DNA from: a virus
Reading direction: 5' to 3' (one strand)
IMG/VR virus record: IMGVR_UViG_3300048913_000099
DNA length: 38,084 nucleotides
Under the pieces are notes generated by a model, which was not told the DNA's origin, did not search any database, and saw nothing but the letters and a program-made list of their open reading frames with translations. Positions 7,543-15,045 of the stretch are shown in pieces. The number at the start of each line of letters is the position of its first letter. Within the stretch, counting starts at the first letter, position 1. Both the position numbers and the translations under genes were made by a program.

Positions 7543-7730
7543 GCCTGCAACCTGCATTTGGCCCACCAGACGGACAGGTCTGCGGGGTGGATTCGATCTG
7601 ACTTCGCGCCCTGACCAAGGCGGCAGGCAGCAAGGCTACCCGCATCAATGGCCCGGCGGAGGGTCTTGGTGGAACAGGCGCACCTTTCAGCCGCCTGCGC
7701 CAGGGTCATTAGCTGCTCAGCCGCCGACAT
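7368..7730 (-). CDS. xis: Excisionase-family DNA-binding protein (120 aa; the C-terminal tail overlaps int)
   Basis: GAGGAGG lies upstream of the ATG at 7730. LMTLAQAAERCACSTKTLRRAIDAGSLAACRLGQGAKSDRIHPADLSVWW matches the excisionase/MerR-like HTH pattern. No stop occurs until 7368, so the ORF overlaps int by about 175-200 nt. Confidence 0.65.
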   Translation of the reverse strand: MSAAEQLMTLAQAAERCACSTKTLRRAIDAGSLAACRLGQGAKSDRIHPADLSVWWAKCRLQACQSPSAPTEAIKLQLDTAEERIERRLAAGHTLRPKPSKRSGSRRSTQLRLVVNPSDQ

Positions 7731-7938
7731 CGGGGGCCTCCTCTCGTTCGCGCTCCGACAACAAAGAGCCAGCCAGCTCGTGCAGGACCTCAATGATGAA
7801 ACGCTGGTCCTCTGCAACCTCCCTGTAAACCTTGACCTTCCATTCAAGCCTCCGGATCGTCTCGTTCCGCTCCCGGATCGTCCTCGCGTTTCGGCGGCGC
7901 TGGTGCTTGTACCTGCGGATCAGCTCGTTGCTATTCAC
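7717..7938 (-). CDS. Hypothetical basic coiled-coil protein (73 aa, GTG start)
   Basis: It has a GTGA overlap with the upstream small ORF. The sequence is NSNELIRRYKHQRRRNARTIRERNETIRRLEWKVKVYREV. The start is uncertain. Confidence 0.4.
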   Translation of the reverse strand: MNSNELIRRYKHQRRRNARTIRERNETIRRLEWKVKVYREVAEDQRFIIEVLHELAGSLLSEREREEAPDVGG

Positions 7939-8096
7939 AGAATCACCGCCTTCACCCAAAGTCCGATGAGCGGCGGAGACATCCAGAAACCTACCCATAC
8001 CGCAGCCGCCCACGTCAGTCGCTTGCTGTTCGCGGAGATGGCCCAAGAGACAAGCCCCAGACCGCCGAACAGAGCCACCATGAAGCATGTAAACAT
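7935..8096 (-). CDS. Small two-TM membrane protein (53 aa)
   Basis: MFTCFMVALFGGLGLVSWAISANSKRLTWAAAVWVGFWMSPPLIGLWVKAVIL. The ATG lies 14 nt after the stop of the Lar-like gene. The 75-aa version in the track would overlap the Lar-like gene. Confidence 0.45.
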   Translation of the reverse strand: MFTCFMVALFGGLGLVSWAISANSKRLTWAAAVWVGFWMSPPLIGLWVKAVIL

Positions 8097-8110
8097 CGCA
8101 TCAGCCTGGT

Positions 8111-8500
8111 TCACGGCGTCACCTCCGGGCGAGCAGCGAGCATGGCGGGCCATTCGACGCATGGGTTGATGTTGGCAGGCGATTTCACCCGCTCCCGAAT
8201 GCCCGCCTCTTTCATTTCCTCAGTCGGCACCACCGGCACCAGCACGTAGCCCTCGGGCGGAGTGAGGGCGGCGCGGGTGTTCCATGCCTGCACGGTGTCC
8301 GGCTCATACCCCGGGCAACTGGATATCCCCTCGCACTCGCATTCGGTGCAGTGCACCTTCTGCCATTCAACGATGGCGTGGCTCCACAGATCCTCATCCT
8401 GCCAACTCCTGATGGCTGCATCACCACCACAGAACGGGCATGCCAACAACTCCCGCGCCCTCTTCTCGATGTCGCTCACTGGTCTGCCCCCATATCCCAA
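8111..8500 (-). CDS. Lar-family (restriction-alleviation-type) zinc-ribbon protein
   Basis: CPFCGG...HCTECECEG...AWNTRA is the Lar-family signature (CPFCG plus a second Cys pair plus AWNxRA). GTG at 8479 is an alternative start. Confidence 0.65.
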   Translation of the reverse strand: MGYGGRPVSDIEKRARELLACPFCGGDAAIRSWQDEDLWSHAIVEWQKVHCTECECEGISSCPGYEPDTVQAWNTRAALTPPEGYVLVPVVPTEEMKEAGIRERVKSPANINPCVEWPAMLAARPEVTP

Positions 8501-8622
8501 AGAAGGTGCATGAATCCGGCCTTGTGGGGCGGAAGGCCGGACATTTCATTGAGTAGGGCGATGAATCCTGCGGTGAAGGGACCGCAACCCATGCGGCGGA
8601 AGAATCGATAGCGACGCTTCAT
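8476..8622 (-). CDS. Hypothetical 48-aa protein (uncertain)
   Basis: Hand-translated as MKRRYRFFRRMGCGPFTAGFIALLNEMSGLPPHKAGFMHLLWDMGADQ. It has a TGATG overlap with the upstream stop and fills the 8500-8622 gap. Confidence 0.3.
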   Translation of the reverse strand: MKRRYRFFRRMGCGPFTAGFIALLNEMSGLPPHKAGFMHLLWDMGADQ

Positions 8623-8876
8623 CACTCACTCTCCTTCGGCGGCGGGGGTAGGGGGAGCCAGTGGGTTGGCTGCCACGGTTCGGTTGTTTCAATAAATGCG
8701 CGCCAATGCGATTCCTCCGCGAATGTCTCCGCCTCCACGTACTCGAAGGAGCCTCCTTCCCGCCAATCAGTCGTCCACCGTGCTACTGCAGGAATCCATC
8801 CCTTAACTGATGCAAGAATCCAAGTCCCATCCCTCGGCGCGCTATCAATCGGCATCCACTCGGCGTGGCTGGTCAT
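8622..8876 (-). CDS. DUF551-like phage protein (84 aa)
   Basis: WMPIDSAPRDGTWILA...PTHWLPLPPPP matches the DUF551 pattern (W.pi...P.....vl ... THWmPlP.pP). Confidence 0.7.
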   Translation of the reverse strand: MTSHAEWMPIDSAPRDGTWILASVKGWIPAVARWTTDWREGGSFEYVEAETFAEESHWRAFIETTEPWQPTHWLPLPPPPKESE

Positions 8877-9106
8877 ACGTCCTCCCGCAGCTTGGTGCGC
8901 AGGTCACGCGGCGGCTTGACGGTGGAGAGGGTGGTGGGGATGGCAGCGCAGAGGCCGAGCCGCAGAAGCTGGGCAATCGCCTGCAGCTCGCCTTCGTAGC
9001 CCTTCAGGTCCTCCCCGGCACGCACGTTCTCGGCCTCGCAGGGGAAGCCCCTCTCGCCGAGGCAGAGCGCCAGCAGCTCGCGGGCCTGCTGTTCGATATC
9101 AGCCAT
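8873..9106 (-). CDS. Hypothetical protein (77 aa)
   Basis: MADIEQQARELLALCLGERGFPCEAENV... The start is embedded in AATGGCTGA, overlapping the upstream stop. The reading frame checks out. Confidence 0.5.
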   Translation of the reverse strand: MADIEQQARELLALCLGERGFPCEAENVRAGEDLKGYEGELQAIAQLLRLGLCAAIPTTLSTVKPPRDLRTKLREDV

Positions 9107-9302
9107 TGGTCGGCTCCTTGGGGACTTCGAGGTTTGCCATCTCGGCATGCCGCTTGAATATGCGCATTTGCAGTGCGATGCATTCAGCGGCCATCTCAAG
9201 AGATTCCACGCCGATGTGTTCCGGAACGTGCAGCACGACCTCTCCACCTTCCGGGATAGAGCAGCGCATGGTTCGGTAGATCACTCGGATACGGTCAGCC
9301 AT
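9099..9302 (-). CDS. Hypothetical protein (67 aa)
   Basis: It is an ORF-track entry whose start overlaps the upstream gene end by 8 nt, and it sits in the early-left operon. Confidence 0.5.
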   Translation of the reverse strand: MADRIRVIYRTMRCSIPEGGEVVLHVPEHIGVESLEMAAECIALQMRIFKRHAEMANLEVPKEPTNG

Positions 9303-9510
9303 TGGCCTTCTCCATCGGGAAACCGAACAGGTCAGTAGCTGGCAGCGGCGGTGCCAGAATGTCCGCGCAGTCGTGGCTGGCTTCCGCTGCCATCTTCAGT
9401 TCCAGAGCTTCAACCATCGGTGCGTGCTGGTTGAGCACCTCCCGGCAGTCCAGACAGAACACCGTGACGGAGCGCTGGTTTCTGCACACAGCCCAGGTCA
9501 CGCAGCTCAT
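9295..9510 (-). CDS. Hypothetical Cys-rich protein (71 aa)
   Basis: It has an ATGA overlap with the stop of the 361-aa gene. Four Cys residues lie in the first 22 residues (MSCVTWAVCRNQRSVTVFCLDC). Confidence 0.5.
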   Translation of the reverse strand: MSCVTWAVCRNQRSVTVFCLDCREVLNQHAPMVEALELKMAAEASHDCADILAPPLPATDLFGFPMEKANG

Positions 9511-10592
9511 TGGCCCACCCCCGGCGCTGCATCGCGGTGGCCGGCGCGCAGCTGGCGAGCAACGTACACGGCGACCTGCTCCCGCTTCTTCTGGCTCATG
9601 GCCGCGACGTGGACACTCAGGGCGACGTGCACCGCTTCCTTGATCGGCTCCCACAACTGCCCCAGGTCGATGCCCTGCGCGGGCGGGGCGGCGTAGAGCT
9701 TGGTCCCCGGCGGCAGTCCGCGACCAGCCGGAAGACGCATGATGTTAGCGCCGGTCAAGCACTCGGCCACCGGCTCCTGCGCCCCCGGCTGGCGGGCGGC
9801 GAGGGCTTCGATTACGCAAGCAAGCAGCTCGCTACGCCCGCCAATGTCGTACTCGTGATGGCACAGGTGATCGGTGATGTGGTCAGCCAGGGACAGCGCA
9901 TCCCCCTGCACCTCGCCAACCTGCCGAAGGCCAGTTACAGCGCACGCTTTCTCCCACCCCAGCGCCGCGCGCGGGTCGATATCGCCAACCTGCTTCCTGC
10001 CAGTTGCAGCGAGGGCGGCGCGTGCGTAGTCCTGCATCTGCTCTACCGAGAAGAGAATTTGACCAATCGGCGCATTCGGACTGTACGGCCTGTACCACGC
10101 TTCCGGCAGCGGCGGCAGTTCCACCCCCTGCTGCTCGGCCAGCTCTGCGGGCTGCGGATGGATTCGTTCCATGGTGCGGTGGTGCGTATCGAGGCATAGT
10201 GCAGACATGGGGTCGTTGGGGCGACGACCGCATGTGCGGCACCAGTTCGGTGCAGCCTCAATGATCTTGATGTCAGACATTCCCTTCTCCATTGCGGCGT
10301 CGATTTTCTGTTCCCAATGCTTTGCAAGCATTGCGGCGTCGTGCCAATCAGAGGACTTAGAGGTCTCGCACGCCTTGTAGTAGGCATCAAGAAATAGTGT
10401 GTACAAACTGCCAGAACAGGCCGCTTGCAACCCCTCAAACTCGGCGCGACTCGCGGCGAGTGCGGCTTGCAACTCCCCCACCGCCCGCTCGTGGTCGGTG
10501 AAGAGGACGTAGTCGCCACTCTCCGACGATTCAAGATCGATTTCAGATCCTCCGAATGTCCACCGCGCCACAGCCTTGGTATCAGTAGTCAT
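9507..10592 (-). CDS. Hypothetical early protein (361 aa), the largest gene of the leftward operon
   Basis: It is a long ORF with high GC3. I recognise no domain. It contains NWCRTCGRRPNDPMSALCLDTHH. Confidence 0.7.
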   Translation of the reverse strand: MTTDTKAVARWTFGGSEIDLESSESGDYVLFTDHERAVGELQAALAASRAEFEGLQAACSGSLYTLFLDAYYKACETSKSSDWHDAAMLAKHWEQKIDAAMEKGMSDIKIIEAAPNWCRTCGRRPNDPMSALCLDTHHRTMERIHPQPAELAEQQGVELPPLPEAWYRPYSPNAPIGQILFSVEQMQDYARAALAATGRKQVGDIDPRAALGWEKACAVTGLRQVGEVQGDALSLADHITDHLCHHEYDIGGRSELLACVIEALAARQPGAQEPVAECLTGANIMRLPAGRGLPPGTKLYAAPPAQGIDLGQLWEPIKEAVHVALSVHVAAMSQKKREQVAVYVARQLRAGHRDAAPGVGQ

Positions 10593-10601
10593 GGCCGGTC
10601 C

Positions 10602-10886
10602 TCAGAAGGGGATATCATCGTCGTTGAACTCGCTGGCCGGAGCCTGCTGGGTCTGCTCTTGCGGGGCGCGTCCGGTGCCTCGCGTGGCGTCATTGGACTG
10701 CGCGTCCTTGGGCTTGACCGACATGCTGAAGAACTTTCCCTTGTTACCTTCCTTGATCCAGGCCGAAAGCCAGAACTCTTTGCCGTCCACGTTGATCGAC
10801 CCGTTGTAGTCCGGATGCTTGTCCTTCTCTTTGCGGTCGTTCTTGAACAGCACGCCACGGTTGGTGTTGTCGTAGTTCTGGCTCAT
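10602..10886 (-). CDS. Small SSB-like protein with the canonical SSB C-terminal tip (94 aa, ends ..EFNDDDIPF)
   Basis: A compact N-domain ([52 protein letters not shown]) is followed by a Q/P/G-rich linker and then the acidic DDDIPF tip. It is adjacent to the exonuclease gene. Confidence 0.6.
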   Translation of the reverse strand: MSQNYDNTNRGVLFKNDRKEKDKHPDYNGSINVDGKEFWLSAWIKEGNKGKFFSMSVKPKDAQSNDATRGTGRAPQEQTQQAPASEFNDDDIPF

Positions 10887-11515
10887 TACGTTGCACTCCG
10901 TTCATGAATTTGATTGACCTTGGCCTGCACCAGCTCAAGGAATTGGCTGCGACGTTCGGCGAGTTGCGACAGCTCTTCCTGCACGTCGTCGCGGTAGGTC
11001 CGGTAGACGACCAACTGGCTCCACTCGGGGTAGTCCGAGCAATAGCTGACGAAATCGACCCAGTCCCGCCCTGAGCAATCCAGGTGGCCGACGATCTGCC
11101 ACTTGTAGGCCGGATCGGCTGAGCCGCGCTTGATCGTGGCCTCATGGGTACTGGCGATGACTGATTTGACCTCGATCACGCCGTCATCCTCGACCAGCCC
11201 ATCCGGTGAGTCGCCGTAGTCGCCGCAGTCGAAAAACCCGCCGTTGGCGATGTCTACAAACCGCTGTTCCTCATAAAGCATCCGCGCCATCGGCTCCTGT
11301 TCGTGGCCGCGCTCCATGTCGTCGTTCTTGAAGCTGTACTCAGCTTTCCGGCCGGTCACGATCTCCAGAGCGATCTGCAGCGCGTACCGTTGCGCCGGTT
11401 CGCCGAACGCCTTGCCGTAGTTCGCCATGAACTTGCTGAAGCTGGAGGCGGTCGCCTTGCCGATCCGCAGCTCTTCCCACTCCGGGCTGTTCTGCTGGAC
11501 GTCAATCCACTTCAT
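10886..11515 (-). CDS. YqaJ-like / lambda-Exo-type recombination exonuclease (209 aa)
   Basis: [51 protein letters not shown] matches the YqaJ PD-(D/E)xK pattern. AGGAGG lies upstream of the ATG at 11515. Confidence 0.8.
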   Translation of the reverse strand: MKWIDVQQNSPEWEELRIGKATASSFSKFMANYGKAFGEPAQRYALQIALEIVTGRKAEYSFKNDDMERGHEQEPMARMLYEEQRFVDIANGGFFDCGDYGDSPDGLVEDDGVIEVKSVIASTHEATIKRGSADPAYKWQIVGHLDCSGRDWVDFVSYCSDYPEWSQLVVYRTYRDDVQEELSQLAERRSQFLELVQAKVNQIHERSAT

Positions 11516-12026
11516 TCGTGGCCTCCTGCTTCGGCGCGCATTCGGCCTTAAGCTGAGCAATGTGTTCGTCGGTCATGTCGAACCGGGCCAGCACTTTGTC
11601 GAGGTTGCCGTCACGCTGGTAAGCGCTCTTGGCGTTGGCCCACGTGGATGCGTTTTCCGGCGTAAGGGGGCGGCGTTCTGCTGCTGCACGCAGGCGCAGA
11701 CCCTCCACCGTGTCCCGGCCGAACTTGACATTCGCGTCTACGTAGACCGTCACTCGCTTCCCGGCCCAATCCTCAATGAACGGAGTGCCGGTCAGGCGAT
11801 CCATCATCTTGGAATTGGTCGCGTTGAGGATCATCGGCTTCAGCTTCTCGCCGGGCCGAATCTCACGCTCTTGGAAATAGGCCGTGTTGAACACGTCCTT
11901 GGTCTTCTTGGTCTTGTCCGTCTCCTGCGTGACGCGGGCAATGGTCAGGACCACGGGGTCCACAATGTCGGCCGCACTCAGGTAGGGCGAGTCAAAGACT
12001 TTGCGGTAGTGGGTCATGTCAGTCAT
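11502..12026 (-). CDS. Hypothetical protein in the bet/erf position upstream of the exonuclease (174 aa)
   Basis: It is an ORF-track entry and overlaps the exonuclease start by 14 nt. It shows no RecT/Erf/Redbeta motif that I can recognise. Confidence 0.65.
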   Translation of the reverse strand: MTDMTHYRKVFDSPYLSAADIVDPVVLTIARVTQETDKTKKTKDVFNTAYFQEREIRPGEKLKPMILNATNSKMMDRLTGTPFIEDWAGKRVTVYVDANVKFGRDTVEGLRLRAAAERRPLTPENASTWANAKSAYQRDGNLDKVLARFDMTDEHIAQLKAECAPKQEATNEVD

Positions 12027-12100
12027 GACTGCGGAATCTCCTGCCGGGGATCATCCCGGCGTGTTGAATGGGGTGGAGGGGCCGGTGGTGTGGGCCCGGC

Positions 12101-12170
12101 TTTGGCGGATGGAGTCGAACCATCGACGCGGGCATGGGTGGCCCCGCTCTACCTACTGAGCTACAACCTC
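12101..12170 (-). pseudogene. tRNA-like relic (consensus D-arm and T-arm, non-pairing acceptor and poor anticodon stem)
   Basis: The minus strand reads GAGGTTG-TA-GCTCAGTAGGTAGAGC-...CCCAT...-GATGGTTCGACTCCATC-CGCCAAA. The D-arm and T-arm are near consensus. The 5' GAGGTTG does not pair with the 3' CGCCAAA, and the loop lacks U33. Confidence 0.4.
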
Positions 12171-12349
12171 ATCAGTGATTTACCGGGCCTAGGAACCCCG
12201 TTACTCACTGACTTAGCGGATCACCACTCCGCATTCCCTCCGTAGATCAGCCCTTCTCAGTGGTAAAGGGCGGTTGTTTCATTGCCTTGCGCGAGCGGTA
12301 CTGGCGCAGGGCGTGGGTGATCTCGTCGCGTCCTTTGCGTTGTCCTTGT

Positions 12350-12712
12350 TCACTGATCTTCTCCCGTGGCTTTGGCGATGACGGCGCTGGTATCGAAGTC
12401 AGCGCAGGCGTTGCCGATCAGGCGCATGTCCTCGCTCATCTGATCGGCTTCGTTGTGGGCACCTTCGGGATACCAGTCGGCAACCCGGCGATGGTGCAGT
12501 TCCTGGCGGACGCTGTCGATGAACTCCTGCGCACGCTGCAGCTCGGCCAGAAGCTCCGGCGCGGCCGCACGCAGACGCTCATGGGCCTCAACGGCGTCGT
12601 TCGCGAAGGCGCGGCTCACGCCACTCTGCGCATCGCCGTGCTTGAACCAACCGTGGCGCTCGTTGAGCACCTGCACCTGGTCGTCCGACAACCACCTCTG
12701 CTTACTGCTCAT
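12350..12712 (-). CDS. Hypothetical protein (120 aa)
   Basis: It is an ORF-track entry with high GC3 and overlaps the upstream gene end by 11 nt. Confidence 0.6.
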   Translation of the reverse strand: MSSKQRWLSDDQVQVLNERHGWFKHGDAQSGVSRAFANDAVEAHERLRAAAPELLAELQRAQEFIDSVRQELHHRRVADWYPEGAHNEADQMSEDMRLIGNACADFDTSAVIAKATGEDQ

Positions 12713-13148
12713 CGCTATCTCCTTGTGCGCAGACCCCGTTCACTGCTTCGTCGGCGTCTACCGGGTCGATGCCGCCATGAGCAGCAATCAGCGCATCCAC
12801 CAGTTCAATCGGCACATACCCGTAGACCGTTTTGGTTGGATTTTCCGAGTCCTCGGCGAAAGTCATGATTTCGTCGGTGGGGCGCTGCGTCGGGTAGCCA
12901 AGCTCAACCTCCCAGTACGGGCCTTCATCGTCCCTGGGCTGGCAGTAGTGGGCTTGGCTCGCCTGAATGCTCACCGCAAAGCCGTCAGAGCATTGGGCTT
13001 TTCTACGAACCGGGATTGCCCTTCCGGTTCGCGCATCATCCAGCCATTTTTGAGTTGCGCCTGTTGCGTCCTTCATTTCTGCAATCTCCAATGCATCGGG
13101 CCTCGGGATGTCGGCGAAGAGGCGGGCCAGTTCGGATTCAATGTTCAT
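12702..13148 (-). CDS. Hypothetical protein (148 aa)
   Basis: It is an ORF-track entry with an ATGA-type overlap with the upstream gene. Confidence 0.6.
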   Translation of the reverse strand: MNIESELARLFADIPRPDALEIAEMKDATGATQKWLDDARTGRAIPVRRKAQCSDGFAVSIQASQAHYCQPRDDEGPYWEVELGYPTQRPTDEIMTFAEDSENPTKTVYGYVPIELVDALIAAHGGIDPVDADEAVNGVCAQGDSDEQ

Positions 13149-13492
13149 TGGATTCGGTCGCTCCTCCCGTCGTAGCGGCGGACCTCGCCGTTTTCGCCAA
13201 TGGAGACGTGGGAATCGCGATGCTGGCGAAGCGCAACCTTTACGGCGGTTTCGGCGTTTTCGCGATACTTATCGAACTCTTTCACCAGCGCCTTGTATTT
13301 GGCTTCCCACTCGCGCTCAATTTGCGCAAAGCGGTCCGATGCCGGTGGCGAATAGAAGGCCATGCCGTAGTGCTCATGGCCGGATTCTGCGCTTCCAGCC
13401 AAGTATTCAAGTTGCTCGGTAGTGAGTGTCAGATCGCACTCTTCCGCGCCAATTGCGATGCACTCCTGCCAGTAGTCTTTCTGCGCGCTCAC
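13145..13492 (-). CDS. Hypothetical protein (115 aa, GTG start)
   Basis: AAGGAG lies 7 nt upstream of the GTG at 13492. The longer 177-aa version has no coding-like N-terminus. Confidence 0.5.
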   Translation of the reverse strand: MSAQKDYWQECIAIGAEECDLTLTTEQLEYLAGSAESGHEHYGMAFYSPPASDRFAQIEREWEAKYKALVKEFDKYRENAETAVKVALRQHRDSHVSIGENGEVRRYDGRSDRIQ

Positions 13493-13602
13493 AACACAAC
13501 TCCTTGCACCAAGAGGGAAGCCACTGCGCCGAGCGCCATGAAGGTCAGGCCGAACGCGCAGAACAGAGACAGGTCGATCAGGGCTTCGCGGCGGGGGTTC
13601 AT
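13489..13602 (-). CDS. Possible 37-aa TM peptide (uncertain)
   Basis: Hand-translated as MNPRREALIDLSLFCAFGLTFMALGAVASLLVQGVVL. It has an ATGA overlap with the upstream stop and its own stop overlaps the next GTG start. Confidence 0.3.
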   Translation of the reverse strand: MNPRREALIDLSLFCAFGLTFMALGAVASLLVQGVVL

Positions 13603-13793
13603 GCAGCCCCCAGCGGTTCGTCACGGAACTGCCGACGCAGCTTCTGTGCCGCAGCCACAACGGCCAGACCGCGATCACCCTGGCGCTGTGCGGCGATCAA
13701 CTGCCGGAACAGCGGTGCCGGATTCAGGCCAGTAGCCCGCACGTTGTCGCGGACCGTCTGGAACTCGCGGATGTCGTAGATCACTGCGTTCAT
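13599..13793 (-). CDS. Hypothetical protein (64 aa)
   Basis: MNAVIYDIREFQTVRDNV... It has an ATGA overlap with the upstream gene. Confidence 0.5.
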   Translation of the reverse strand: MNAVIYDIREFQTVRDNVRATGLNPAPLFRQLIAAQRQGDRGLAVVAAAQKLRRQFRDEPLGAA

Positions 13794-13978
13794 GGCTGGG
13801 CGTTCCATTTGCGGCTCTGGGGCCAGTTGTTGGCTGCAAAGTTGCGGGCCATCCGTTCCTCGGTCGCCTTGACGGCGGCAATAATGGCGTCGTACTTGCT
13901 CATCTCGCTGTAGTCGGCGTTGACCACATTCATCCACTGGGTGTCCCACAAGCGGATTTCTCGGGTGTCAGCGCTCAT
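13790..13978 (-). CDS. Hypothetical protein (62 aa)
   Basis: MSADTREIRLWDTQWMNVVNADYSEMSKYD... It has an ATGA overlap with the upstream gene. Confidence 0.5.
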   Translation of the reverse strand: MSADTREIRLWDTQWMNVVNADYSEMSKYDAIIAAVKATEERMARNFAANNWPQSRKWNAQP

Positions 13979-14262
13979 GCGGCACCGCCTTTGACGCGTA
14001 CCGTGGTCCGGCCCAGCTCCTGCGCGCGCAGTTCGATGGCCTCGAGTGCCGACCGTTCCATCGCCTTCCAGGCAACGTGCGAGTCCTGGGCCTTCAGCAC
14101 CTGCAGACGCAGAGCCGATTTCGAACCGATCGGGGCCTCGCGCAGCTGTCGGCGAAGCGCGGCAAGCTGCTGGTGCGCCTTCTTCTTTCCCTCGCGGGCT
14201 GCGAGCAGCGAACCAACTACCGGAGAGTCCACGCGCGTCGGGGAGATGTAGGGGGCGCTCAT
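13975..14262 (-). CDS. Hypothetical protein (95 aa)
   Basis: It is an ORF-track entry, basic and helical, and overlaps the upstream stop. Confidence 0.55.
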   Translation of the reverse strand: MSAPYISPTRVDSPVVGSLLAAREGKKKAHQQLAALRRQLREAPIGSKSALRLQVLKAQDSHVAWKAMERSALEAIELRAQELGRTTVRVKGGAA

Positions 14263-14627
14263 GCCGCGCTCCTCTGCTCGAACTTCTCCACGTCGGCGGC
14301 GATCTCCATCCGGTTCCGCTCTTCGGTCGCGGCGTCCTCGGCGTATTCGCGCAGGATCGGGGCGATCTGCTGCTTGATCTGGTCGTGCAGCCAGTAGGCG
14401 GCGCCAACCGAGTGATCCGATGTGCGCACGAAGAAGGTGGTCAGATTCGTAACCAGCGACCCCTCATCAGCAAGGAAGAAGTCGGCCATAGCCTCCTCAA
14501 CCTTCTTCACGTCGGCCGCGTACTCAACCTCAAGCTCAGCAGCCCGCTCGGCGATCCACTCGGCGCGCTCTTCGTCGGCCAGGTCAGCTGCTTCGTCGTT
14601 GCGGGCGATAAGGTAGTCGGCGACCAT
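14259..14627 (-). CDS. Hypothetical acidic protein (122 aa)
   Basis: It is an ORF-track entry tightly packed in the PL operon. Confidence 0.6.
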   Translation of the reverse strand: MVADYLIARNDEAADLADEERAEWIAERAAELEVEYAADVKKVEEAMADFFLADEGSLVTNLTTFFVRTSDHSVGAAYWLHDQIKQQIAPILREYAEDAATEERNRMEIAADVEKFEQRSAA

Positions 14628-14630
14628 GGG

Positions 14631-14825
14631 TCAGGCCTCCTCACGCACGTGGCGGGCAGCGTCGTAGCTGGCTGCCATTTCGGTGGCAAGGAAGGCGGTC
14701 TCGCGTTCGGACTGGCCCGCGCAGAGGTCTTTCACACTCTTGGCGCGGCTGAAGAAGATGGCCAGGCCGCCGACTACGGCCACGCTGGAACCGGTGACTA
14801 CGATGACTGCGAGCAGGTAATCCAT
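14631..14825 (-). CDS. Small membrane protein (64 aa, N-terminal TM)
   Basis: MDYLLAVIVVTGSSVAVVGGLAIFF... GAGGAGG lies upstream of the ATG at 14825. Confidence 0.6.
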   Translation of the reverse strand: MDYLLAVIVVTGSSVAVVGGLAIFFSRAKSVKDLCAGQSERETAFLATEMAASYDAARHVREEA

Positions 14826-14828
14826 GGC

Positions 14829-14993
14829 TCAGCCCTCCTCGCCGTCTGCGTCGAAGCAGGGGCCGGAGATCGCCTCGACAACGCCCTGAAGCTCGGCAGG
14901 CAGGCCATAGGCGTACTGCTGAATCTGGTCGCGGCAGTAGTTGATCAGGACTGCCAGCTGTTCCGGGGTAGCGGTGAGTGCCTGGACGTTCAT
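14829..14993 (-). CDS. First gene of the leftward early operon, acidic 54-aa protein
   Basis: Hand-translated as MNVQALTATPEQLAVLINYCRDQIQQYAYGLPAELQGVVEAISGPCFDADGEEG. GGAGAA lies upstream of the ATG, about 45 nt downstream of the predicted PL. Confidence 0.5.
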   Translation of the reverse strand: MNVQALTATPEQLAVLINYCRDQIQQYAYGLPAELQGVVEAISGPCFDADGEEG

Positions 14994-15045
14994 CTCGTTC
15001 TCCAGCCCCGCCTCGTTGTGAGGGTGTCTTGGGGCGACGTGGCCT

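Noticed and set aside
12101-12170. A functional phage-encoded tRNA on the minus strand.
   Set aside because: The D-arm and T-arm are near consensus, but the acceptor stem does not pair, U33 is missing and the anticodon stem is poor. I kept it as a tRNA-like relic pending a covariance-model scan.
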